Made by a program: the position numbers and the translations under genes. Below, piece by piece: positions 8,980 through 15,906 of a stretch of DNA of 32,000 bases; positions within the stretch are counted from its first letter, which is position 1; each line of letters starts with the position of its first letter. The stretch is from Alistipes megaguti (GTDB lineage Bacteria; Bacteroidota; Bacteroidia; Bacteroidales; Rikenellaceae). The stretch covers positions 1,708,218 through 1,740,217 of the forward strand of contig NZ_LR027382.1 in assembly GCF_900604385.1 (NCBI RefSeq), given 5' to 3'. The notes under the pieces are model-generated. The model saw only the letters and a list, made by a program, of their open reading frames with translations. It had not been told where the DNA came from and did not search any database.

Positions 8980-10337
8980 GATCGCTTCGGATTTTGCGGG
9001 TTAAGCGTATCGTTCGGAGCTTCGGCTGATTCGAGCCGGATGCGGACGGCGTCGGCATGGGCGTCAAGTCCCTCGGCCATGGCCATCGCCTCGATGGTCG
9101 GGGCCAGGCGCCGGAGCCCCTCGCGCGTCAGCTCCTGGAAGGTGATCTTCCGCAGGTAGGAGTCGACATTCACGCCGTTGCACGAACGGGCCCAGCCTCC
9201 GGTCGGGAGGGTGTGGTTCGTCCCCGAGGCGTAGTCGCCGGCGCTCTCGGTCGACCAGTGGCCGATGAAGACGCTTCCGGCCGAGGTGATCCCGGCGGCC
9301 GCCTCCCACGGCGACTCCATCGTGAGGATCAGGTGCTCCGGGGCGTAGGTGTTCGAGAAGGCGATGCGCTCTTCGCGGTCCGTGAGGACGATGATCCGGC
9401 TCTGTTGCAGCGCCTCGCGGATGATTGCGGCACGGCGCCGCCGGGTCAGCTGCTCCGCAACGGCCCGCTGCGTGGCCCGGGCGAACTCCGTCGAGGCGCA
9501 GACCAGCACCGCCTGGCTGTCGCCGCCGTGTTCGGCCTGCGAGAGCAGGTCGGCGGCGGCAAACTCCGGCGAGGCGCTGTCGTCGGCCAGCACCAGTACC
9601 TCCGAAGGGCCGGCCGGGAGGTCGATCGCCACGTCACGGGCGCCGACCAGCTGTTTGGCCTTCGTCACGTAGCGGTTTCCCGGACCGAAGATCTTCTCCA
9701 CACGCGGAATGCTCTCCGTGCCGTAGGCCATGGCGGCAATGGCTTGGGCTCCGCCGACGGCAAAGAGGTGTGTCACGCCGCAGAGCCGCGCCGCGTAGCG
9801 GATCTCCGGGGCGACGCTCCCGTCCGCACGGGCCGGGGTGCAGAGGATCACCTCGCGGCAGCCCGCCACCCGGGCCGGCAAGGCCAGCATCAGTACCGTC
9901 GAGAAGAGCGGTGCCCGCCCGCCGGGAATGTAGAGCCCCACGCGGTCGATGGCCACGGCGCGCTGCAGGCAGGTTACGCCCGGCATTGTCTCGACGCGCA
10001 CCTCGGCGGGCAACTGCGCCCGGTGGAAGGCCTCGATATTCGCACGGGCCGTGTCGAGGGCCTGTTTCAGCGCGTCGGAGAGATCTCCGGCGGCCGCCTC
10101 CACCGTCTCGGCCGGAATCTCGAACGCTTCGGGCCGCCGCCCCTCGATGCGTTCCGTGATGTCGCACAGAGCCCGGTCGCCCCCCGTGCGCACCTCTTCG
10201 AGGATCTCCTCCACCTGTCGGGTGATCTCCTCCTCGCGGCGCGTGCAGCGTTCGGTCAGTGTGCCCCACGCGCTGCGGGGCGGATTGTCGTAGATGGTCA
10301 GCATCGCGCTGTTTTCGGTCGTATTCATGTCGTTCAT
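8976..10337 (-). CDS. hisD: Histidinol dehydrogenase HisD
   Basis: ...VGLYIPGGRAPLFSTVLM...GPGNRYVTKAKQ...SQAEHG...APEHL...GDYASGTNHTLPT. Start candidates are 10337, 10328 and 10304 (MLTIYDNPP); the most upstream ATG is listed. Confidence 0.88.
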   Translation of the reverse strand: MNDMNTTENSAMLTIYDNPPRSAWGTLTERCTRREEEITRQVEEILEEVRTGGDRALCDITERIEGRRPEAFEIPAETVEAAAGDLSDALKQALDTARANIEAFHRAQLPAEVRVETMPGVTCLQRAVAIDRVGLYIPGGRAPLFSTVLMLALPARVAGCREVILCTPARADGSVAPEIRYAARLCGVTHLFAVGGAQAIAAMAYGTESIPRVEKIFGPGNRYVTKAKQLVGARDVAIDLPAGPSEVLVLADDSASPEFAAADLLSQAEHGGDSQAVLVCASTEFARATQRAVAEQLTRRRRAAIIREALQQSRIIVLTDREERIAFSNTYAPEHLILTMESPWEAAAGITSAGSVFIGHWSTESAGDYASGTNHTLPTGGWARSCNGVNVDSYLRKITFQELTREGLRRLAPTIEAMAMAEGLDAHADAVRIRLESAEAPNDTLNPQNPKRS

Positions 10338-10351
10338 GGCTTGCAACGTTT

Positions 10352-11203
10352 TCAACGGATCATGTTTTCGAGCGCCAGCACAAGAATGCCTTCGGCGCCG
10401 ATCTTCTTCAACTGTTCGATGCGCTCCCAGAGCTGCTCCTGTGCCAGCACGGCGTGGATCGAGCACCACCCCTCCTGGGCCAGCGGCAGCACCGTCGGGC
10501 TGCGCATCCCCGGCAGGATGCGGATCGCCTCCTCGAGCCGCTCTTCGGGCAGATTCATCAGCACGTACTTCATGCCGCGGCTCTCGAGGATCGAGTTGAA
10601 ACGGAAGGTCAGCTGCTCGGTTTCGCGCCGCTTGTCGGGTCCGAGATTCGGGCAGGCGATCAGCACCGCCTCCGAGAAGAAGACCTTCTCGACCTCGGTC
10701 AGTCCGTTTGAGATGAGCGTACCGCCCGAGGAGACGATGTCGAAGATGGCGTCGGACATCCCCACCGCCGGGGCGATCTCGACCGAACCCTCGATGCGGT
10801 GAATCTCGGCTTCGATGCCCCGTTCGGCGAAGTAGCGCATGAGGATGTTCGGATAGGAGGTAGCGATGCGCCGGCCCCGGAAGTACTCCGGACCCGGGTA
10901 GTCGGTCCCCTTCGGGACGGCCAGCGAGAGGCGGCACCCGCCGAATCCGAGATCCATGAGCTGTTCGACGCGGAAGCCCTTTTCGGCCACTTCGTTCAGC
11001 CCTACGATCCCCAGATCGGCGACGCCCATTGCCACGGCCTGCGGGATGTCGTCGTCGCGCAGATAGAGCACTTCGAGCGGGAATCCTTCGGCCCGCGAGA
11101 TGAGTTTGCGCTTGCTTTCGGCAACCTGGATGCCCGCTTCGGCAAGCAGACTGGTGCTCTGTTCGTTGAGTCGGCCCTTGGCCTGGATGGCTATTCGCAA
11201 CAT
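10352..11203 (-). CDS. hisG: ATP phosphoribosyltransferase HisG (long form)
   Basis: Start trimmed to MLRIAIQAKGRLNEQSTSLLAEAGI...DIVSSGGTL (283 aa, with the C-terminal regulatory domain). The track ORF extension runs through homopolymer tracts. Confidence 0.9.
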   Translation of the reverse strand: MLRIAIQAKGRLNEQSTSLLAEAGIQVAESKRKLISRAEGFPLEVLYLRDDDIPQAVAMGVADLGIVGLNEVAEKGFRVEQLMDLGFGGCRLSLAVPKGTDYPGPEYFRGRRIATSYPNILMRYFAERGIEAEIHRIEGSVEIAPAVGMSDAIFDIVSSGGTLISNGLTEVEKVFFSEAVLIACPNLGPDKRRETEQLTFRFNSILESRGMKYVLMNLPEERLEEAIRILPGMRSPTVLPLAQEGWCSIHAVLAQEQLWERIEQLKKIGAEGILVLALENMIR

Positions 11204-11266
11204 GTTTCGTGTGGTTTTGATTGTCCTGTTTTTTTTTTTCCCCCCCCCTCCGTGTGGCCTGATACG

Positions 11267-11293
11267 AAAAAAGCCCACCCGCAAGGGGTGAGC
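11267..11293 (-). terminator. Intrinsic terminator in the hisG leader (attenuator terminator candidate)
   Basis: Minus-strand RNA GCUCACCC-CUUGC-GGGUGGGC (8-bp stem, one G-U pair) followed directly by UUUUUU. It lies 64 nt upstream of the hisG ATG and 42 nt downstream of the leader-ORF stop. Confidence 0.7.
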
Positions 11294-11334
11294 TTCATGT
11301 ATCGGTATGGTTCGTTATCTCTCTTTCGGACCGT

Positions 11335-11430
11335 TTATCGGTCTGTCGTTCTGCGGTTGTTCCATACATGATCGCCTGCCCCCGGGATTTCGTGGCGGTG
11401 ATGATGATGGATATGGATAAACTGCAGCAT
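11335..11430 (-). CDS. hisL: Candidate his operon leader peptide (31 aa, His-rich)
   Basis: Translated by hand from the minus strand: ATG CTG CAG TTT ATC CAT ATC CAT CAT CAT CAC CGC CAC GAA ... TAA gives MLQFIHIHHHHRHEIPGAGDHVWNNRRTTDR. Six His fall within eight consecutive codons. It is below the ORF-track length cutoff. Confidence 0.65.
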   Translation of the reverse strand: MLQFIHIHHHHRHEIPGAGDHVWNNRRTTDR

Positions 11431-11451
11431 GCTGTTTCGGATCGTTGAGGA

Positions 11452-11483
11452 CAAATATAGTGATTCCGATCCGAAAATCCAAA
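11452..11483 (-). promoter_or_regulatory. Bacteroidetes-type promoter of the his operon (-33 TTTG / -7 TATATTTG)
   Basis: Minus strand reads TTTG (11483-11480), a 20-nt spacer, then TATATTTG (11459-11452). The predicted TSS is about 15 nt upstream of the leader ATG. Confidence 0.55.
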
Positions 11484-11671
11484 TTTTTCATCCGTTTTGT
11501 GCCGCGCACGGCGGCTGGGAATGCCGTGTCCCTTGCCGTCTGACGGCCGAAAAGTGTCTCTTTCTCTGGAAGTTTTGCGGAGGAGTGGGGAAGTTTTGAA
11601 AAATTTTTCATATCTTTACGGGAAATCGCCGCAAGGTTAGGGCGGCGCTCTCATCCTAAAAACGAAACGCC

Positions 11672-12229
11672 ATGTGTGACGACCCCATTCTGTCGATCGC
11701 AACCCGTCTGCGCGGGCTGCGCGAAGTTCTCGAATTGTCGGAGCAGGAGGTGGCCGACAGCTGCCGCATCTCCCTTGACGAGTATCGGGCCCTCGAAAGC
11801 GGGCATTCCGACATCTCGGTCAACCTGCTGCAGACCATCTCCCGCCGCTACGGCATCCCGCTCGACGTGCTGATGTTCGGCGAGGAGCCCCGCATGAACT
11901 CCTATTTCATCACCCGCGCCGGGCGTGGCGTGGCGGTCGAACGCCGCAAGGCCTACCGCTATGAGGCGCTGGCCGCCGGATTCCGCGACCGGCGGATCGA
12001 CCCCTTCATCGTGACCGTCGAACCGGCTCCGGCCGATGCCCCGATGCACCTGAACACCCACTCCGGACAGGAGATGAACTACGTACTCGAAGGCCGCCTG
12101 CTCATCGAGCTCGACGGCCGGCAAATCGAACTCAATCCCGGAGACAGTCTCTATTTCGACTCCTCGCTGCCCCACGGCATGAAGGCGCTCGACGGCAGGA
12201 CGGTCCGTTTTCTGGCTATTATATTATAA
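11672..12229 (+). CDS. XRE-family HTH transcriptional regulator with C-terminal cupin domain
   Basis: The N-terminus LRGLREVLELSEQEVADSCRISLDEYRALESG is an HTH_3/XRE pattern. The C-terminus HSGQEMNYVLEGRLLIELDGRQIELNPGDSLYFDSSLPHG is a cupin_2 pattern. Confidence 0.85.
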   Translation: MCDDPILSIATRLRGLREVLELSEQEVADSCRISLDEYRALESGHSDISVNLLQTISRRYGIPLDVLMFGEEPRMNSYFITRAGRGVAVERRKAYRYEALAAGFRDRRIDPFIVTVEPAPADAPMHLNTHSGQEMNYVLEGRLLIELDGRQIELNPGDSLYFDSSLPHGMKALDGRTVRFLAIIL

Positions 12230-12234
12230 GAGGT

Positions 12235-13905
12235 ATGAATCTGGTAGATCGTTATCTGTCTCGGACCGACTTCTCCTCGCAGGAGGAGTTTCGCGAGCAC
12301 CTGCATATCCGGGTGCCCGAGCATTTCAATTTTGCCTATGACGTCGTCGATCGCTATGCCGCCGAAGCTCCCGACCAGCTGGCCATGCTCTGGACCGACG
12401 ACAAGGATCATGTGGCCCGCTTCACCTTCGCCGACCTCAAGCGCGAAAGCGACCGTACGGCCTCCTGGTTCCGGAGCCTCGGCATCGGCAGGGGCGACCC
12501 CGTGATGCTGATTCTCAAGCGCCGCTATGAGTTCTGGTTCTCGGTGCTGGCCCTCCACAAGCTGGGCGCCGTGGTGATCCCGGCCACCCACCTGCTGACG
12601 AAAAAGGATGTCGTCTATCGCTGCAACACGGCCTCGATCCGGGCCATCGTCGCGGCCGGCGAGCGGGTCATCACCGACCACATCGCCGCCGCCATGCCCG
12701 AGAGTCCCACGGTGCGGGCCCTGGTGAGCGTCGGTCCCGAGGTGCCCGAGGGTTTCCTCGATTTCCATCGCGGCATCGAAGAGGCCGCCCCCTTCGTGCG
12801 CCCCGAACACCCGAACGACAACGACGATATCATGCTCATGTACTTCACCTCGGGAACCACCGGCGAGCCGAAGATGGTGGCGCACGACTTCACCTATCCG
12901 CTGGGACACATCGTCACGGCCCGCTACTGGCACAACCTCCACGAGGGGAGCCTCCACCTGACGATCGCCGATACGGGGTGGGCCAAGGCCGCCTGGGGAA
13001 AACTCTACGGGCAGTGGTTCGCCGGCGCCACGCTCTTCGTCTATGACCACGAAAAGTTCACGCCGGCCGATATTCTGCACAAGATCGAACAGTACCGGAT
13101 CACCTCGTTGTGCGCCCCTCCGACGATCTACCGCTTCCTGATCCGCGAGGATCTGTCGCGTTTCGACCTCTCGTCGTTGGAGTACTGCACCACGGCGGGC
13201 GAGGCGCTCAACGGTTCGGTCTACGACACGTTCCTTGCCCAGACCGGCATCCGGCTGATGGAGGGTTTCGGCCAGACTGAGACGACGCTGACGCTGGGCA
13301 CCTTCCCTTGGATGGAGCCCAAACCCGGCAGCATGGGCATTCCCAATCCGCAGTATAGGATCGACCTGCTGACGCCGGACGGCCGTTCGGCCGAGGACGG
13401 TGAGCAGGGGCAGATCATCATCCGCACCGACGGCGGAAAGCCCCTCGGCCTCTTCAAGGAGTACTACCGCAGCGAGGAGCGCACGCGCGAAGCGTGGCAC
13501 GACGGCGTCTACTACACGGGCGACGTGGCCTGGCGCGACGAGGACGGTTACTACTGGTTTGTCGGACGGGCCGACGACGTGATCAAGAGTTCGGGCTACC
13601 GCATCGGCCCCTTCGAGGTCGAGAGTGCGCTGATGACCCACCCGGCTGTCGTCGAGTGTGCCATCACGGGCGTTCCGGACGAGATCCGCGGGCAGGTGGT
13701 CAAGGCGACGATCGTCCTGGCGGCCGAATGGCGCGAACGGGCCGGTGCCGCGCTGGTCAAGGAGCTGCAGGACCATGTCAAGCGCGTCACGGCCCCCTAC
13801 AAGTATCCGCGCGTGATCGAGTTCGTCGAGGCGCTGCCCAAGACCATCAGCGGCAAGATCCGTCGGACGGAGATCCGCCGCGACGACGCCTCCAAAAAGG
13901 GGTGA
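12235..13905 (+). CDS. AMP-forming acyl-CoA synthetase (medium-chain / ACSM-like family)
   Basis: YFTSGTTGEPK AMP-binding signature, GYRIGPFEVESAL, and a terminal ...PKTISGKIRR motif. 556 aa. It starts 5 nt after the regulator stop, so the two are likely co-transcribed. Confidence 0.9.
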   Translation: MNLVDRYLSRTDFSSQEEFREHLHIRVPEHFNFAYDVVDRYAAEAPDQLAMLWTDDKDHVARFTFADLKRESDRTASWFRSLGIGRGDPVMLILKRRYEFWFSVLALHKLGAVVIPATHLLTKKDVVYRCNTASIRAIVAAGERVITDHIAAAMPESPTVRALVSVGPEVPEGFLDFHRGIEEAAPFVRPEHPNDNDDIMLMYFTSGTTGEPKMVAHDFTYPLGHIVTARYWHNLHEGSLHLTIADTGWAKAAWGKLYGQWFAGATLFVYDHEKFTPADILHKIEQYRITSLCAPPTIYRFLIREDLSRFDLSSLEYCTTAGEALNGSVYDTFLAQTGIRLMEGFGQTETTLTLGTFPWMEPKPGSMGIPNPQYRIDLLTPDGRSAEDGEQGQIIIRTDGGKPLGLFKEYYRSEERTREAWHDGVYYTGDVAWRDEDGYYWFVGRADDVIKSSGYRIGPFEVESALMTHPAVVECAITGVPDEIRGQVVKATIVLAAEWRERAGAALVKELQDHVKRVTAPYKYPRVIEFVEALPKTISGKIRRTEIRRDDASKKG

Positions 13906-14105
13906 TCCATTCCGCGTGACGGGAGCGTGCTTGTCCGCCGGCCGTGCGAAGATTTGCCGCCGGGTGTCGTGTGGAAAAGGAGGCGCCCGGCCGTTCGATC
14001 CGGATCCGGAGGGCGGGGTAGGCTTGAACGGCTGTTGAGTTCCCGTCGGGAACGGCACCTCTTCTTGCCTGTTGGTCGTTCGCCCGATCGGCCGGTTGAA
14101 GCATG

Positions 14106-14138
14106 AAAAAAGGACTGTCTCGCGAGACAGTCCTTTTT
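14106..14138. terminator. Bidirectional intrinsic terminator
   Basis: Palindrome AGGACTGTCTCG/CGAGACAGTCCT (14111-14134) flanked by A5 and T5. It serves the + strand synthetase operon and the - strand tRNA. Confidence 0.7.
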
Positions 14139-14182
14139 CGTTTCCGGCGAATTGTCCGGTATCGGGCAATCCGCCCGGCAGG

Positions 14183-14256
14183 TGGGCCCAGAGGGGCATG
14201 ATCCCACGACCTTCGGATTATGAGTCCGCTGCTCTGACCAACTGAGCTATGGGCCC
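14183..14256 (-). tRNA. tRNA with CAU anticodon (elongator Met or lysidine-modified Ile2), non-canonical T-loop
   Basis: Hand-folded as GGGCCCA-TA-GCTC-AGTTGGTCA-GAGC-A-GCGGA-CTCATAA-TCCGA-AGGTC-GTGGG-ATCATGC-CCCTC-TGGGCCC-A (74 nt). G1-C72 is paired, so it is not an initiator. CCA is not encoded. Confidence 0.75.
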
Positions 14257-14400
14257 CGGGGCGTTTTGGATACCTCCGCAGAGGATCTTCCGCGCTTTGC
14301 GACGACAAAGATAGAAAAACAATCCGGATTCCGCAACCCCGCAGCTGGCTGCCGATGCGAAAAAATTTGTCCCGGCGCTTGTTTCTTGCAAATTAATTCG

Positions 14401-14408
14401 TACCTTTG
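14401..14408 (+). promoter_or_regulatory. -7 box TACCTTTG upstream of rpmE2
   Basis: TAnnTTTG match 38 nt upstream of ATG 14446. A TTG-containing -33-like sequence lies about 19 nt upstream. Confidence 0.4.
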
Positions 14409-14445
14409 TCCCGCTTAAGCACTAATTATTAACAAAAACAACGAA

Positions 14446-14712
14446 ATGAAAAAGGGTATCCATCCGGAAAATTATCGTTTAGTGGCGTTCAAGGACATGT
14501 CCAACGACCACGTGTTTTTGTGCCGGTCCGCCGTTTCGACAAAAGAGACCATCGAAGTGAACGGCGAAACCTATCCCGTGTATAAGATGGAAATCTCCAA
14601 CACCTCGCACCCGTTCTATACGGGCAAGATGAAGTTGGTTGACACCGCCGGTCGCGTCGATAAGTTTATGAGCCGCTACGCAAAACGCTACGATAAGAAA
14701 AACGCCAAGTAA
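14446..14712 (+). CDS. rpmE2: 50S ribosomal protein L31, type B (non-zinc form)
   Basis: MKKGIHPENY...HPFYTGK...VDTAGRVDKF is the L31 signature. Only one Cys is present and there are no CxxC pairs, so I call it type B. Confidence 0.9.
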   Translation: MKKGIHPENYRLVAFKDMSNDHVFLCRSAVSTKETIEVNGETYPVYKMEISNTSHPFYTGKMKLVDTAGRVDKFMSRYAKRYDKKNAK

Positions 14713-14740
14713 ATCGTCGCTGTCGGCATTTACCGCTTAC

Positions 14741-14773
14741 GGGCCGCATCGCAGATGCGGCCCGTCTTTTTTT
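14741..14773 (+). terminator. Intrinsic terminator after rpmE2
   Basis: GGGCCGCATC (14741-14750) / GATGCGGCCC (14754-14763) stem followed by a T-run (14766-14773). Confidence 0.75.
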
Positions 14774-14841
14774 GTGTAAATCACCGCTTTTTTCGGGTCG
14801 GGGGTGTTGTTTTTTTCGCTACAACGTTGTTGTTTTATTCC

Positions 14842-14849
14842 TATATTTG
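14842..14849 (+). promoter_or_regulatory. -7 box TATATTTG upstream of the lipoprotein gene
   Basis: Exact TAnnTTTG match 50 nt upstream of ATG 14899. Confidence 0.4.
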
Positions 14850-14898
14850 CGGCCGAAGGCAAACAGGATTGATTGCAAGTCTTAATTTATTGTGTGTC

Positions 14899-15768
14899 AT
14901 GAAAAACGGATTCAAAATGATGGTCGTGGCTGCGCTCCTCGTTGCGGCAGCCTCGACCTCCTGCGTCAGCCGGCAGGTCACTCTTCAGGCCGAAAACCAG
15001 CGCGACTCGCTCTCCGTGGTGGTCGGCCAGAAGGATTCGCTCATCAATGTCGTCTTTTCCGATATCAACGCCATTTCGGAAAACCTCGCCCTGATCAAGT
15101 CGCGTGAAAATCTGATCACCGTCTCCGAACCCTCCGACGGCGCCCGCCGCCCCGTCGAGGAGATCAACAACGATATCGCGGCCATCGACCGCCTGCTGCA
15201 GGAGAACAAGGCCAAGATCGCTTCGCTGCAGCGTACGGCCGCCCAGCTGCGCAAGGCCAATCTGCGCATCGACGCCCTCGAAAAGATGATCGCCGATCTG
15301 AACGGCCAGCTCGCCCAGAAGAGTTCCGAAATCGAGCAGCTGCGCGAAAATATCGCCCGGATGGGTATCGAGGTGCAGACGCTCACCGAAGAGGTTGCCC
15401 AGCGCGATGCGCGTGTCGAGAGCCTCAGCGGCGAAAAGGTCGAACTCCAGAACCAGCTCAACACCGTCTACTACATCGTCGGCTCGGAGAAGGAGCTGCG
15501 CGATGCCCAGATCATCAACAAGGAGGGCTTCATCGGCCGGACACTGACCGTCGGCGACATGTCGAACCTCGACAGCTTCACGGTGGCCGATTCGCGGCTG
15601 CTCACCGAGATCCCCATCGGCCAGAAACGCGTGACGGTCGTCTCGTCCCACCCCGAGGATTCGTATGAACTGGTCACGGCGGCCGACAAGAGCGTCGAGA
15701 AGCTTCTCATTACCGATCCGGGCCGCTTCTGGGAATCGTCCAGGGTGCTCATCGTAAGCTACAAGTAG
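14899..15768 (+). CDS. Coiled-coil lipoprotein of unknown function
   Basis: Start trimmed to MKNGFKMMVVAALLVAAASTSC (signal peptide plus lipobox). The central region of about 150 aa is heptad-like and Q/E/L/A-rich. No family is recognised with confidence. Confidence 0.7.
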   Translation: MKNGFKMMVVAALLVAAASTSCVSRQVTLQAENQRDSLSVVVGQKDSLINVVFSDINAISENLALIKSRENLITVSEPSDGARRPVEEINNDIAAIDRLLQENKAKIASLQRTAAQLRKANLRIDALEKMIADLNGQLAQKSSEIEQLRENIARMGIEVQTLTEEVAQRDARVESLSGEKVELQNQLNTVYYIVGSEKELRDAQIINKEGFIGRTLTVGDMSNLDSFTVADSRLLTEIPIGQKRVTVVSSHPEDSYELVTAADKSVEKLLITDPGRFWESSRVLIVSYK

Positions 15769-15800
15769 CGTCGCGGCCGATCCCTTCGTGAGCCTCTCTG

Positions 15801-15836
15801 AAAAGGTCCGTCCCCCGTCGGGGACGGACCTTTTCT
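15801..15836 (+). terminator. Intrinsic terminator after the lipoprotein gene
   Basis: GGTCCGTCCCC (15805-15815) / GGGGACGGACC (15820-15830), flanked by AAAA and TTTT. Confidence 0.75.
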
Positions 15837-15857
15837 ATTGTGCCGGCGGTCTTTTCA

Positions 15858-15888
15858 TTTGCTTTTCCGGACTTTTTTTGTAATTTTG
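15858..15888 (+). promoter_or_regulatory. Bacteroidetes-type promoter of the AraC-family gene
   Basis: TTTG (15858-15861), a 19-nt spacer, then TAATTTTG (15881-15888). This supports ATG 15907 as the start. Confidence 0.5.
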
Positions 15889-15906
15889 TCGAAACTTCAC
15901 TCGTGT

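Noticed and set aside
2071-10937. Numerous long overlapping ORFs across tatC and the his operon, e.g. 2071-3492(-), 2358-3227(+), 4313-5359(+), 6045-7130(+), 6986-8086(+), 7951-9159(+), 9057-10802(+). Also the long N-terminal extensions of the hisF, hisA, hisH, hisB, hisD and hisIE track ORFs.
   Set aside because: These are typical high-GC stop-codon-poor artefacts. The translations are Arg/Pro/Gly/Ala-rich with no motifs. Every one overlaps a gene with clear family signatures, and the true starts were located at internal ATGs that give canonical N-termini and ATGA-type translational coupling.
11315-11611. 98-aa minus-strand ORF in the hisG upstream region
   Set aside because: It spans the predicted promoter and is out of frame with the His-rich leader. 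Its sequence shows no features of a real protein. The 31-codon leader ORF in a different frame explains the region better.
12151-14199. 682-aa minus-strand ORF opposite the acyl-CoA synthetase
   Set aside because: It is antisense to a gene with clear AMP-binding motifs, has a low-complexity translation, and runs through the bidirectional terminator at 14106-14138.
13906-14445. Possible integrated mobile element next to the isolated tRNA(CAU)
   Set aside because: There is no integrase, transposase or direct repeat of the tRNA 3' end. The flanking genes (acyl-CoA synthetase, rpmE2) are ordinary chromosomal genes with their own terminators and promoters.
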